A stretch of DNA of 64,000 nucleotides, taken from IMG/VR virus record IMGVR_UViG_2551306228_000004, positions 1 to 64,000 of that record; one strand, given 5' to 3'. The notes under the pieces were generated by a model, which was not told where the DNA came from, did no database searches, and saw only the letters and a program-made list of their open reading frames with translations. A program made the position numbers and the translations under genes. Each line of letters opens with the position of its first letter. The first letter of the stretch is position 1. The stretch is from a virus. Its lineage: Duplodnaviria > Caudoviricetes. This document shows, in pieces, positions 1 through 9,394 of this stretch.

Positions 1-456
1 TCACTTTCTCAATATATGCACGGTAACTGAGAACTCTTCATTTCCTGGCATTTGTCCACTTTCTGTTTTTACTATTTCAAAACCAAATTTTTGATAAAAA
101 TTAAGTGCTGGGGTATTTCCAGTTAATACTTCAATTGAAATAGGTTCATGCATCTTTTTGAGAACAACATTCACTAACCTCGTTCCAATCCCAAGCCGAC
201 TATATTCCCTATCTACATATAACCATGCTAGTTCATCATCTGTAAATGCAACAAAACCAACTACAAATCCTTCCATCTCTGCCACAAGAATCTGGTAATC
301 AAACAACCCTTCCCTATCAGCAGCAATACTAAGCGGAATAAATGCTTCTGATAAGTTAGCTAAATCCAATTCTTCTTGACGTGCAGGGTCATGAATTTGG
401 CAAAGCCTTTCAAAGTCTTCTTGAAGATACTGTCTAATATTAATCTCTTTTGACAT
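1..456 (-). CDS. GNAT family N-acetyltransferase
   Basis: 151 aa; acetyl-CoA motif A (LYVDREYSRLGIGTRL) and 'NTPALNFYQKFGF'; GGA RBS upstream. Confidence 0.9.
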   Translation of the reverse strand: MSKEINIRQYLQEDFERLCQIHDPARQEELDLANLSEAFIPLSIAADREGLFDYQILVAEMEGFVVGFVAFTDDELAWLYVDREYSRLGIGTRLVNVVLKKMHEPISIEVLTGNTPALNFYQKFGFEIVKTESGQMPGNEEFSVTVHILRK

Positions 457-469
457 TATTCATCCTTCC

Positions 470-895
470 TTACAAATTTGTCCATGACATAAACAATTCT
501 ACTTCCTGAGTATCTTCATCTATGTTCTCTGAAATAATCGAAAATCCTTCTCTCAGGTAAAATGAAATTGCTTTTTGGTTTTTTTGATATACATTTAACT
601 GAAGCGTTGGATGAATTGCTTTTACAAAATTAAGCAACTCCCTACCAAAACCATTACTACGCAAATCTTTAGAAACAAAAATTCCTGCTAGATATGTTCC
701 TTGCATTCCAATGAATCCAACAATTCTTTCTTCAATAACATAAACATAAATCTCTGCATCTAATAGCTGAGATGTTACAAAGTCAATTTTTGATTCCCAA
801 TACTCAGCTGGAATAAATGCATGGGGCTCAACATTGCCAGTCAACCAAAGTTGAACAATTGTTTCAATATCTTCATTTTGAAATTTTCTAATCAT
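470..895 (-). CDS. GNAT family N-acetyltransferase
   Basis: IFVSKDLRSNGFGRELL and NQKAISFYLREGF motifs; start moved to MIRKF (ATG at 895) behind an AAAGGT RBS. Confidence 0.85.
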   Translation of the reverse strand: MIRKFQNEDIETIVQLWLTGNVEPHAFIPAEYWESKIDFVTSQLLDAEIYVYVIEERIVGFIGMQGTYLAGIFVSKDLRSNGFGRELLNFVKAIHPTLQLNVYQKNQKAISFYLREGFSIISENIDEDTQEVELFMSWTNL

Positions 896-1103
896 ACCTT
901 TACCATCCAATCTGTTCCATTCTATTAATAATAAATAGTTTTTGCAAGCAGTAACATTAATTTTGCACATTAATTAACATATTCTAAAAATTTTAGGTGG
1001 ATAAATGGAAATAGAAACTGATAATTTCTAGCTATCACTTCTACTCATTCCAAAAATTTTCTCACTCTGATACTTCCCCACCATAAAGCAAAAAGCCAAG
1101 CAA

Positions 1104-2921
1104 TCAAGGCTTTTTAAGATGCTTTCGTTCAAAGGTTTCTAGACTTTTACGAGCAGAGCAACACACTCGACGTGTGTTGTCTGGTCCTTGAGAATACATT
1201 TTTTTATCCTCGTCACTGTTTTGAGGACACAATTTATCTGTTTCTAGTTTAGCATTTTTACGTTTACTTTTGAATTGTTTTCCATCCTTGTTTTGAGTTT
1301 CACCTGTTTTGAATATTATGGTTAACATTGCAGGATCAATTTCTCCGTCGCTATTAACTCCACCAACAATAATTTTCTCAACAATACTTTCAAAAACTGC
1401 ACGATCAAACTCTGTAAGCATTTTCTGTGAAGATAGCAAGCGCTTAAACTCAGTTAGTCTTTTCTTTACATCGATTTCTGATTTTAAGGTTGTTTCAATA
1501 TTTACCTTCTCTTCTGCTAGAAACTCTTTTTCTGAGGAAATTTCATTGTACTTTTCATTGTATATGGTATCGCTAATTTTCCCTTCGAGCCTTAGATTTA
1601 CAAGATTCTCCTCTTTTTTGAGTAATGTTCGAAGTTTGTTTGTAATCCTTTTTAGTTCCTTGTTAAGGCTATTGTCATTCAATTCAGATTCAATCGTTTC
1701 AAGTAAGTCTGTCATTAAATTTTCATTTGAATGATAGAGTTGTCTGTACGCTTCCATGAAAGCCCCCTCAATAGCGAGCTCTTCTAATCCTTTACTATGC
1801 TTACAAAATTTCTTTCCTTTCTTTATGGATGTAACACAGTGCCACACAACCTTGCGATAATCTGAACGGCAGTGCCAACTTCTTCTAGATAATATTGAAC
1901 CACAAAAGCCACATTCTAACATGCTACTAAAAGCATACATTTTTGAATAGCGTTCACGTTTTCCATTTACATTTGCAGCTGTCTTTTTATTTCCTGCCCT
2001 ACGCAACCTAATCTCCTGAGCTTTCTCAAAGTCCTCTTTAGATATTATAGGTTCATGATTATCTTTGATGTAGTACTTATCCTCTTCACCAAAATTACTC
2101 AAACGTCTCTTACTTATTGGGTCAACTGTAAAAGTTTTTCCCATTAGAATATCACCTTTATATTTTTCATTCTTTATGATTCCTAAAACTGTTGTATCAT
2201 TCCAATGATCTAACCCTCTCGGAGATTTGTAACCTAGTTCATCAAGTTCCCTTGCTATAACTTTCCCTCCAATACCTTCAAGGTACCTTTCAAAGATATA
2301 ACGAACTATTTTTGCTTCTTTTTTATTGATAGAAAGTTGCTTAGTTTCTACATCATAGTTATACCCCAAGCACCCTTGAAAACCTATCAGTTCACCTCGT
2401 TGCATCTTCATTTTTAATCCCTTTTTCACATGTGCAGATGTATTTTCTACTTCTTGCTGTGCAACAGAGCTAAGAATCGTAAGAAGCAGTTCACCATCCA
2501 TTGTGAGAGTATCTATGTTTTCTTCCTCAAAATAAACTCCAATTTGCATATCCTTTAACATTCTGACATACTTCAAAGTATCTAAGGTGTTTCTTGCAAA
2601 TCTAGCAATTGCTTTTGTTACAATATAATCAATTTCTCCATTTACACAATCATTGATTAAACGTTGAAAATCTTGTCTCTTTCCCACTTGAGTTCCCGAA
2701 ATCCCCTCATCTGCGTAGATATCTACGAGTTCCCAATCCGAACGCTGAGAAATGTAATCTTTATAATGTCTCACCTGAGATTCATAACTATTTTTCTGAT
2801 CATCGCTATCAGAACTTACTCTACAATAAGCAGCAACCCTTTTTAAATGTCTTTCTACATTGACACCTCTACGTCGAACTAAAGAATCAGCTTTTATTAT
2901 TTCAACATTATTTGTTTTCAT
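1104..2921 (-). CDS. Large serine recombinase (ICE integrase)
   Basis: YCRVSS catalytic motif, DEGISGT, recombinase domain, CGFCG...C..C zinc ribbon, coiled coil; reads through att. Confidence 0.95.
   Translation of the reverse strand: MKTNNVEIIKADSLVRRRGVNVERHLKRVAAYCRVSSDSDDQKNSYESQVRHYKDYISQRSDWELVDIYADEGISGTQVGKRQDFQRLINDCVNGEIDYIVTKAIARFARNTLDTLKYVRMLKDMQIGVYFEEENIDTLTMDGELLLTILSSVAQQEVENTSAHVKKGLKMKMQRGELIGFQGCLGYNYDVETKQLSINKKEAKIVRYIFERYLEGIGGKVIARELDELGYKSPRGLDHWNDTTVLGIIKNEKYKGDILMGKTFTVDPISKRRLSNFGEEDKYYIKDNHEPIISKEDFEKAQEIRLRRAGNKKTAANVNGKRERYSKMYAFSSMLECGFCGSILSRRSWHCRSDYRKVVWHCVTSIKKGKKFCKHSKGLEELAIEGAFMEAYRQLYHSNENLMTDLLETIESELNDNSLNKELKRITNKLRTLLKKEENLVNLRLEGKISDTIYNEKYNEISSEKEFLAEEKVNIETTLKSEIDVKKRLTEFKRLLSSQKMLTEFDRAVFESIVEKIIVGGVNSDGEIDPAMLTIIFKTGETQNKDGKQFKSKRKNAKLETDKLCPQNSDEDKKMYSQGPDNTRRVCCSARKSLETFERKHLKKP
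1139..1179 (-). other. rumA: ICE attachment site: displaced 3' end of rumA/rlmD (23S rRNA m5U methyltransferase)
   Basis: Minus strand reads T-H-V-E-C-V-A-L-L-V-K-V-stop (1177-1139), the typical RlmD C-terminus; inverted repeat CAACACAC-tcgac-GTGTGTTG (1159-1179) at the junction. Confidence 0.8.
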
Positions 2922-2945
2922 ACTGAAATTCCTCCTTTTGATTCT

Positions 2946-2974
2946 ATATTACCGCGTTCAAATAAAAAGGTCAG
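2946..2974 (-). promoter_or_regulatory. Putative integrase promoter CTGACC-N17-TAATAT with conserved TTTGAACGCGG spacer
   Basis: 17-bp spacing; same spacer motif at 21963-21991 and 37963-37991. Confidence 0.6.
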
Positions 2975-3103
2975 CTATTTTGTGTACTTAATACGCAGTC
3001 TGTTTCTGATTTTTTCGTATTCATTTTTTGACAACAATTCTTTAGAGTATAAAAAATTAAGCATTGATAACTGCAGACTATATTTTACAACTGTTTGTTC
3101 CAA
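2975..3103 (-). CDS. 42-aa SHOCT-like small protein upstream of the integrase (possible directionality factor)
   Basis: GGAGG RBS, TTG start, MEQTVVKYSLQLSMLNFLYSKELLSKNEYEKIRNRLRIKYTK; below the ORF-track cutoff. Confidence 0.65.
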   Translation of the reverse strand: MEQTVVKYSLQLSMLNFLYSKELLSKNEYEKIRNRLRIKYTK

Positions 3104-3129
3104 AATTTTTCCTCCTGATAACGTGATAC

Positions 3130-3365
3130 TCAATTATTTCCTCCGTGGGTATGATTGGTTAAATCATTCATGGGCATCTCACCCGCTGTCCTTTTACGTT
3201 GGCAGCCTGAACGTTCAGAAGTATCATTGTCCTTATTTGTGGTCATGGCAGATAGAGAACCACTCTATTTTATAGCTAATAATTTTCGCTCCTATCACGG
3301 CGTACCTCACTAAATTGCTCGACAAATAAGAAAGTCCCACCTCGGTTTATTCAGTTGTCAATGAA
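3130..3365 (-). ncRNA. Candidate structured RNA / long 5' leader upstream of the excision-integration genes
   Basis: GC-richer non-coding stretch with several stems (ATGATT/AATCAT, GGGT-GAGA-TGCCC, CTGAACGTTCAG, ATAGAG/CTCTAT, long-range CTTATTTGT/ACAAATAAG). Confidence 0.45.
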
Positions 3366-3380
3366 CAAATCAAGGAGAGA

Positions 3381-3602
3381 CTATTTTTTATTATGAAGGC
3401 GATACGGATAATCTGTTAGGCCAAGTAAATAATCTGTACTAACATGATAGAGAATAGATAGTTTGATTAAATAATCAATAGATAATTGTCTTTTCCCATT
3501 TTCAATCTTTGAATAAGCTGATTGACTACAGGATAAATACTTTGCAAGATACTCTTGAGAAAAATCAAAATCCTCTCTTAAATCCTTGACTCGCCTACAC
3601 AT
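3381..3602 (-). CDS. XRE-family HTH transcriptional regulator
   Basis: LREDFDFSQEYLAKYLSCSQSAYSKIENG...VSTDYLLG HTH_3 pattern. Confidence 0.9.
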   Translation of the reverse strand: MCRRVKDLREDFDFSQEYLAKYLSCSQSAYSKIENGKRQLSIDYLIKLSILYHVSTDYLLGLTDYPYRLHNKK

Positions 3603-3646
3603 TCGTTCACTCCTAAAGCCATTATAGTCAAGTTTTGAACGAATTC

Positions 3647-3677
3647 TATAATTTATGCCAAATTGGCATAAATTATA
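3647..3677. promoter_or_regulatory. Perfect 15-bp inverted repeat (operator candidate)
   Basis: TATAATTTATGCCAA-A-TTGGCATAAATTATA, 20 bp upstream of a TATAAT box for the xre gene. Confidence 0.6.
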
Positions 3678-3707
3678 CGATAAAAATTTTAGTATTAGAC
3701 TGAAATA

Positions 3708-4304
3708 CTATTCTGGCGGGAAGTATCCTATTTGCTCAGCAACATGAACAGCTTCTTGCCTATTGGTAACCCCTAGTTTTGAAAAAATATTCGAAAGATG
3801 GTTTGAAACTGTTCTCTTGCTTACAAAAGTCTGTTTGCAAATATCATCTATAGTTAGCCCATTCTTTATTAGTGCTAATATCTCTACTTCACGGGGGGTT
3901 AATAAATCTATAATAACTTCATCAGAGAATATACTCTCACCATTATAGATTTTAACTAATTTTTGAATTAAATCATCTGGATCAATACTTTTATCTAAAA
4001 AAGCAGAGGCTCCCATTAATTTTGCACGATATTCGTACATTTTTTTACTGTATCCGGTTAAGATAACAATTTTAGCAATACAACCATTTTCAATAATGTT
4101 TTGAGCTAACGATAGACCATCTTCTTGGTATAGACTAGTCAAATTAATGTCAATTAGAACAATATCGTAGTCATCGTAATTAATATCGAACATCGTTGAA
4201 AAATCATCGACTAGCTGTACTAATTTTATACTTTCTGATAACTCTAAAATCATTTTGATACTCTGGCTAAAGAGTTTATGATCATCAATTAACAAAATTT
4301 TCAT
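3708..4304 (-). CDS. NarL/LuxR-family response regulator
   Basis: MKILLIDDH, phospho-acceptor LIDINL, C-terminal LTPREVEIL...RTVSNHLSNIFSKLGV. Confidence 0.93.
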   Translation of the reverse strand: MKILLIDDHKLFSQSIKMILELSESIKLVQLVDDFSTMFDINYDDYDIVLIDINLTSLYQEDGLSLAQNIIENGCIAKIVILTGYSKKMYEYRAKLMGASAFLDKSIDPDDLIQKLVKIYNGESIFSDEVIIDLLTPREVEILALIKNGLTIDDICKQTFVSKRTVSNHLSNIFSKLGVTNRQEAVHVAEQIGYFPPE

Positions 4305-5862
4305 AACATAACTCCTTATCAATTGGTAATGTAATCGTTACTCGAAAAGTAAGTTCCTTTTCTAAAATATCTATTTTACCACCTAAAACATTAAGTTTAT
4401 TGGTGATATTTTTTAAACCATAGCCAAGAGAGTGTTCTGTTGGAAGAGATTCATTTTCAGAAACTAATAATATGCAGTCATCTTTCACTTCAATCAATAA
4501 TGAAATTTTTTCACCCTTAGAGTATTTAACTGCGTTGGTAATTAATTCCTCTACAAAACGATATATGATTTTATTATATGGTGACATTAAAGAAAAATTC
4601 GGAGGAAAATTGGCTACTACTATACAATCTTTGTTATATCTTTGTATTATTCTATCGATAAGTAATTGATATTCCTTATCTAAAAGTTCATCAGTCTCAC
4701 TCATAGGCTGATAGTAATCCATCCGTTCTCTTATACGTTGAACCAATTCTTCCGTTACAAGATTAATTTGCTTTCCAAATATCTTATTCTCGCTATAACT
4801 ATTAAAATTCTTAATAGCCATAACATTTTGTAAAATTTCATTATGTAAAAACTCTGAGAATTGCTGTTCAATATCCTCATTAGAAAGTAGATTTCGCACC
4901 ATTTTATTTCGCTTTAAAAATAGTACTTCCAGATAATCTTTTGAGCCTGTCATATCTAAAGATTTAAAAAGTCTAATTAATTCTTCTGTACAAACTCCAA
5001 AGATAAGTAACACTATATTTAATATTAGAAAACTATTATTTAAATTTTGTCTAAAAATAATAAAAGAACTTATTAGTACTCCTCCAATTACAATAAAAAG
5101 CCGTAAAAAAGCTTTTAAATACGATAACCTTAATTCCTGAATTTTTTTCTGAAAAGAATAAAAAATAGTTTTTAAATGTAGGTAAGCTAATATTGAGATA
5201 ACCTCAATATACCAAACAATATTTAAAATCCCAGAACCTGTTGTATTGACGTATGAAATGATATACGAAAAGGGGAGAACTATAGCAAGTACAACTAGAT
5301 TCTGTCTTTGATATTTGAGTACATTTTTCAGTTCTGTACGATATAAAAAGAGTAAAATCAAAGGAACAAATGTAAGAAAAAAAGAAGTAAATAGGGATAA
5401 AAAAATAAATAGTGGAGCACTAAAAAAGTAAATAAAAACTGTTATTACTGTTAATCCTAAGGATACACTTAATAATTCTTCTCCAATTCGCTCCCCTAGC
5501 AAGATAATTGAAATAGAACTATATACTAGCAAAAATGAACTTAGCGGATTAAGTATATCTAAAAAATGGAAAAGTGTATTACTTACCTCTTGATTGATAA
5601 TTGATTGCCAGCTTATCAAAAACATCAGGGTAACTAACCATAACTTCAATTCCGGATTCTTAAAAGTCACAAAATGGCAAAGATAGCTAAAAAAAATTAG
5701 TAAAAAAACCATTATTAAAACAAGATTCTTACCAAATCCAATGGAATAGCTAATTGGAACCTTATAGTAGATATATACCATCAAAATAAAATGGTTGAGT
5801 AAGGTTAACTGCCAAAGTAATATTGAATTTTTTGAAAGTGCCGTGACAAGTTTTTTCATCAT
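4285..5862 (-). CDS. Multi-pass membrane sensor histidine kinase
   Basis: Many N-terminal TM segments; EFLHNEILQ H-box, ELITNAVKYS N-box, GYGL G-box. Confidence 0.9.
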   Translation of the reverse strand: MMKKLVTALSKNSILLWQLTLLNHFILMVYIYYKVPISYSIGFGKNLVLIMVFLLIFFSYLCHFVTFKNPELKLWLVTLMFLISWQSIINQEVSNTLFHFLDILNPLSSFLLVYSSISIILLGERIGEELLSVSLGLTVITVFIYFFSAPLFIFLSLFTSFFLTFVPLILLFLYRTELKNVLKYQRQNLVVLAIVLPFSYIISYVNTTGSGILNIVWYIEVISILAYLHLKTIFYSFQKKIQELRLSYLKAFLRLFIVIGGVLISSFIIFRQNLNNSFLILNIVLLIFGVCTEELIRLFKSLDMTGSKDYLEVLFLKRNKMVRNLLSNEDIEQQFSEFLHNEILQNVMAIKNFNSYSENKIFGKQINLVTEELVQRIRERMDYYQPMSETDELLDKEYQLLIDRIIQRYNKDCIVVANFPPNFSLMSPYNKIIYRFVEELITNAVKYSKGEKISLLIEVKDDCILLVSENESLPTEHSLGYGLKNITNKLNVLGGKIDILEKELTFRVTITLPIDKELCYENFVN

Positions 5863-5948
5863 AAATAGCTCACTTATATATTTTTTTTAATTATAACATA
5901 AAACCAGAATCCACTAAAACGTAATTCTGGTTTTAGACATTTAGATGA

Positions 5949-7967
5949 CTAGTTAACATCAACTATCTGCCAACTCACAATATAAGTAACGACTGAATAA
6001 GTAACAAAAAGTAACACTGCAACACTCAGATATTTTATATCTATTATCACTGTTGTATTAGCAAAATTTTCAAAGTATCCAAGTAGTGCCTTACTAAGTG
6101 AAATAGATAGAGGAATTGCAACTAGTAATGGAACAATGAAATAGCTCATTATTTGTTGAATGAGAATGACTTTATTTTGTTCCCTCTTATTACCTAATAG
6201 GTACAAAATATGATAATCTCTCACACTATCAAGAGCACTTGTAGAAGTTTGTAAAGATAAGATACTCAATGAAATAATAATAAAGATAGCACTAACAAAT
6301 AGCATAACCAAAACAATAACTCCCATCACACCAATGTATAACTCTGATGCTCTAACCTTGGTCTGATAAACAAAGTCAGAGTTATCACCGTTTTGGTCTG
6401 TGAAGTAATACTGCTCAACCCACTTATTTAAGAAAGTTTCAATTTTTCTCTTATCTGTTCTTTCCTTATATAATCCAATATAGTGACGACTTTGAACTTT
6501 CAACGTCGTTGCAACCTTATCAGGTACAATCAAAGTTCCCCTATCATTATTTTCGACAGTTGTAACAAAATAAACGTTATTTAAGGGGTTAATGGAGGCT
6601 GGTTTTAATTTGGTATTCCCAATAGTTACTGCTCTTTTAGATTCTAAGAATTCTTTCACCTGTGATATTGTCCCCTTATAATTTGAATTGACTAAAAACT
6701 CATCACCTTCTAGTGAAACCCCATTCTTCCCCTGCATTCTCATCAATTTATTATAATCAGAAATACTCAATATCTTTACAAAGGAATCCCCAAGACCAGC
6801 ATCTAAGCTCCATAAGTGATTCGTGTCAATGATATCTTTATAAGTCAATGTGCTAACATAAATTGGATATTCAAATTCTTTATCAATAACAGATGCATCA
6901 AAGCCATCCTTTTTTAGCTGTTTCTTAATGGTTGTATGGTTATAATGATAACCCTCTCCCTCAAACTTTTGAATATCAATATCATAGGGCAAAAAACGAT
7001 TTAAATCATTATTCATCGATGTATAAGCACTACCACTAAATACAAGAAGACTAAGTGCTAAAGTCAGAGTTAAAGATAGTACTGCTAATGTTACTGAGTT
7101 TTTATCTGCCTGTTTTGAAAATTGTCTGATTTTAAACGTATTTAACTTTTTAAAATAGCTACTAGGAATGCTTTGCAGAACCCCTAGCAAAAAATGGCTA
7201 AGTGAATTGTAAAACACAATAACAAAAAAAACGAAAACCGATACCAATAAAATACCCCAATCTTTCAAGATTGACAAATGTTGATAATTTGAAAGATAGA
7301 TAGCCCCAGTTATGATGATGAGCGTTGATACAACGAATACAAATACTTGACTAGTTGGATTTCCTTTTGCTAAAACTGATTTTTGAATCCCGTTGTCTTG
7401 AATCAGAGCAATAATATTTTGTTTTTTAAAAGTAAGAATATCCATTACACCAACAATAACAGTTGTACCAATATAAGAATAAACAAGTAAAGTCACCGAT
7501 TTCATGTCTAGGAAGAATAGATTTCCAAAATAATTTGCCATAAAAAATTCAGCAGCGATGTGCGCTAAAATGATAAGCAAAACAAGACCTAGAGCAAACC
7601 CAAGAAATAAGGCAAATACATTAACTAGCATAGTCTCAAAGAAAAGTGTCCCAATGATGTTATGCTTCTTCATCCCAAGGGTGGCATAGAGACCAAGTTC
7701 TTTTTTACGTCGACCCAAAACAAAATTCGTTGAATAGATAACCAGGAAGGCCACAGCTGCAAGTATGAGATAAGATAAGAGTCCCATGTATTGAGACATT
7801 ATCGTTGTCATCATTTCTTTTGAGCCTGATAAACTTTGCATAACTGGGTGACTTGGTAAGGCATTAAAGGCATATAGTAGACTATAAATAAGAGCTAAGC
7901 TAAAAAAATAAATCGTGTATGTCTGTATGTTTCTAAATACATTGCGTAAGATTAACTTTGGATACAT
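5949..7967 (-). CDS. BceB/FtsX-like ABC transporter permease (peptide antibiotic resistance)
   Basis: 672 aa, RRKKELGLYATLGM motif, about 10 TM with a large extracellular loop. Confidence 0.88.
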   Translation of the reverse strand: MYPKLILRNVFRNIQTYTIYFFSLALIYSLLYAFNALPSHPVMQSLSGSKEMMTTIMSQYMGLLSYLILAAVAFLVIYSTNFVLGRRKKELGLYATLGMKKHNIIGTLFFETMLVNVFALFLGFALGLVLLIILAHIAAEFFMANYFGNLFFLDMKSVTLLVYSYIGTTVIVGVMDILTFKKQNIIALIQDNGIQKSVLAKGNPTSQVFVFVVSTLIIITGAIYLSNYQHLSILKDWGILLVSVFVFFVIVFYNSLSHFLLGVLQSIPSSYFKKLNTFKIRQFSKQADKNSVTLAVLSLTLTLALSLLVFSGSAYTSMNNDLNRFLPYDIDIQKFEGEGYHYNHTTIKKQLKKDGFDASVIDKEFEYPIYVSTLTYKDIIDTNHLWSLDAGLGDSFVKILSISDYNKLMRMQGKNGVSLEGDEFLVNSNYKGTISQVKEFLESKRAVTIGNTKLKPASINPLNNVYFVTTVENNDRGTLIVPDKVATTLKVQSRHYIGLYKERTDKRKIETFLNKWVEQYYFTDQNGDNSDFVYQTKVRASELYIGVMGVIVLVMLFVSAIFIIISLSILSLQTSTSALDSVRDYHILYLLGNKREQNKVILIQQIMSYFIVPLLVAIPLSISLSKALLGYFENFANTTVIIDIKYLSVAVLLFVTYSVVTYIVSWQIVDVN

Positions 7968-7979
7968 GACATGTTCCTC

Positions 7980-8714
7980 CTATCTCGTGTGAATATAGAT
8001 CTCTTGTAAGTAATCTTCATTTGATTTTCCCTCACGTTCAATATCCTCAGTAATTTTTCCATCACTAAGAAGTACCATTCGTGATGAGTACTTAGCTGCG
8101 ACAGGATCATGGGTTACTAATAAAATCGTAAGCCCAAAAATACGATTGATTTCTTGTAATAAGTTCATCAAGCTCTCTGAATTTGCAGAGTCCAGAGCAC
8201 CCGTTGGTTCGTCTGCAATTAGTAGCTTTGAGTTGTCAATAAGGGCTCTCGCAGTTGCGACACGTTGCCGTTGACCTCCTGATAATTGATTTGGAAATTT
8301 ATTTTTCAAATTAAAAATAGCGAGCTTCTCCAGAATTTCATCAATTTTTACTTGATATTTTCTAACAGACTTTCCTTGAATCTGAAGTGGCAACACAATA
8401 TTTTCATAGACTGTTAAGGTTTCGACCAAATTGTAAGCTTGAAAAATATATGAAATATTGTTGGCGCGATACTCTGCAAGCTGATTTTCTTTAGCATGAA
8501 TAATGTTAAAATTTTCAAAATAAATTTCTCCTGAGGTTGGTTTATCTATTGTAGAAATACAATTTAATAAAGTTGTCTTTCCACTACCACTTGCTCCCAT
8601 AATTGCAAGAAATTCTCCTTTTTCAACTGATAAATTAATATCTGATAAAGCATGAACAAGACTGTCTCCTTCTCCAAAGTTTTTACTTACTCCTTTTACT
8701 ACAAGTTGTGGCAT
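7980..8714 (-). CDS. BceA-like ABC transporter ATP-binding protein
   Basis: GASGSGKT, LSGGQRQR, IADEPTGALD; GGAGG RBS favours ATG at 8714. Confidence 0.93.
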   Translation of the reverse strand: MPQLVVKGVSKNFGEGDSLVHALSDINLSVEKGEFLAIMGASGSGKTTLLNCISTIDKPTSGEIYFENFNIIHAKENQLAEYRANNISYIFQAYNLVETLTVYENIVLPLQIQGKSVRKYQVKIDEILEKLAIFNLKNKFPNQLSGGQRQRVATARALIDNSKLLIADEPTGALDSANSESLMNLLQEINRIFGLTILLVTHDPVAAKYSSRMVLLSDGKITEDIEREGKSNEDYLQEIYIHTR

Positions 8715-8773
8715 ATTATTTTCCTCCATTTCTTTTCAATATAATAATTATAGACGATAAATATAAAGCTGCC

Positions 8774-8792
8774 ATGAGTAATTTGTGCAAAA
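8774..8792 (-). promoter_or_regulatory. Putative response-regulator box at the ABC transporter promoter
   Basis: TTTTGCACAAATTACTCAT 21 bp upstream of TATAAT; 17/19 copy at 9395-9413. Confidence 0.65.
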
Positions 8793-8882
8793 GAGAAAAA
8801 CACATACAAAACTTACTTCATCGTTTATAGAAAAGCTCTCCATTCTCTATTTGCATTTAGCATTCAGAAATTATTGGAAAAA

Positions 8883-8914
8883 ATAAAAACCGATAATTAA
8901 TTACCGGTTTTTAT
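8883..8914 (-). terminator. Intrinsic terminator after the peptide genes
   Basis: ATAAAAACCG...CGGTTTTTAT hairpin followed by a T run on the minus strand. Confidence 0.65.
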
Positions 8915-8948
8915 GACTGATAACAGTCAGCTTTAAGAATTTTAAAAA

Positions 8949-9056
8949 TTATTTCCGATCGTTCCTTTTTTTCATCAGGTAAACAATACCTATTATCAAT
9001 ACCCCTAATACAATGACAGGAGCATAAAACTCAAGTGTTCCAACAATTCCTTCCAT
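8949..9056 (-). CDS. 35-aa single-TM peptide (immunity accessory or Fst/Ldr-like)
   Basis: AAGGAGG RBS; MEGIVGTLEFYAPVIVLGVLIIGIVYLMKKRNDRK. Confidence 0.7.
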   Translation of the reverse strand: MEGIVGTLEFYAPVIVLGVLIIGIVYLMKKRNDRK

Positions 9057-9086
9057 TTCATCCTCCTTCAAGATAACAAAATAGTC

Positions 9087-9263
9087 TTAGCCACAGCGTA
9101 CATTTGGTGAAGTACATTCATAAGATTGAGTGAAAATCCAACCACAACGACCTTGGCTAGTCATTCTGATAGCGATTTGGAAGCCTGTAGCTGATTTACC
9201 ACCCAACTCTTGGCTACTGATTTCAAAATCTAAAGTATCAATGACATTAGTTTCTTTTTTCAT
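9087..9263 (-). CDS. lanA: Class II lanthipeptide precursor (LanA), 58 aa
   Basis: GAGGAG RBS; MKKETNVIDTLDFEISSQELGGKSATGFQIAIRMTSQGRCGWIFTQSYECTSPNVRCG: acidic leader with ELGG, Ser/Thr/Cys core with TxSxEC motif. Confidence 0.85.
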   Translation of the reverse strand: MKKETNVIDTLDFEISSQELGGKSATGFQIAIRMTSQGRCGWIFTQSYECTSPNVRCG

Positions 9264-9279
9264 CTAAACTTCTCCTCGT

Positions 9280-9308
9280 AATATATCATTTTAGCCCTTT
9301 GTTGTCAA
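9280..9308 (-). promoter_or_regulatory. Sigma-A type promoter of lanA
   Basis: TTGACA-N17-TATATT with TG extension. Confidence 0.55.
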
Positions 9309-9394
9309 CAATAACAAAGAAAGGTTTCCTCCTTCATATTTTTTAGATGATCATCTTTACAATAAAGAGTATATCCTTTAGATAAAATTTAGGA

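Noticed and set aside
1-1138. GNAT genes as ICE cargo or aminoglycoside resistance genes
   Set aside because: They lie outside the att site and I recognise no specific AAC family; whether they are core genome or another island cannot be told from this window
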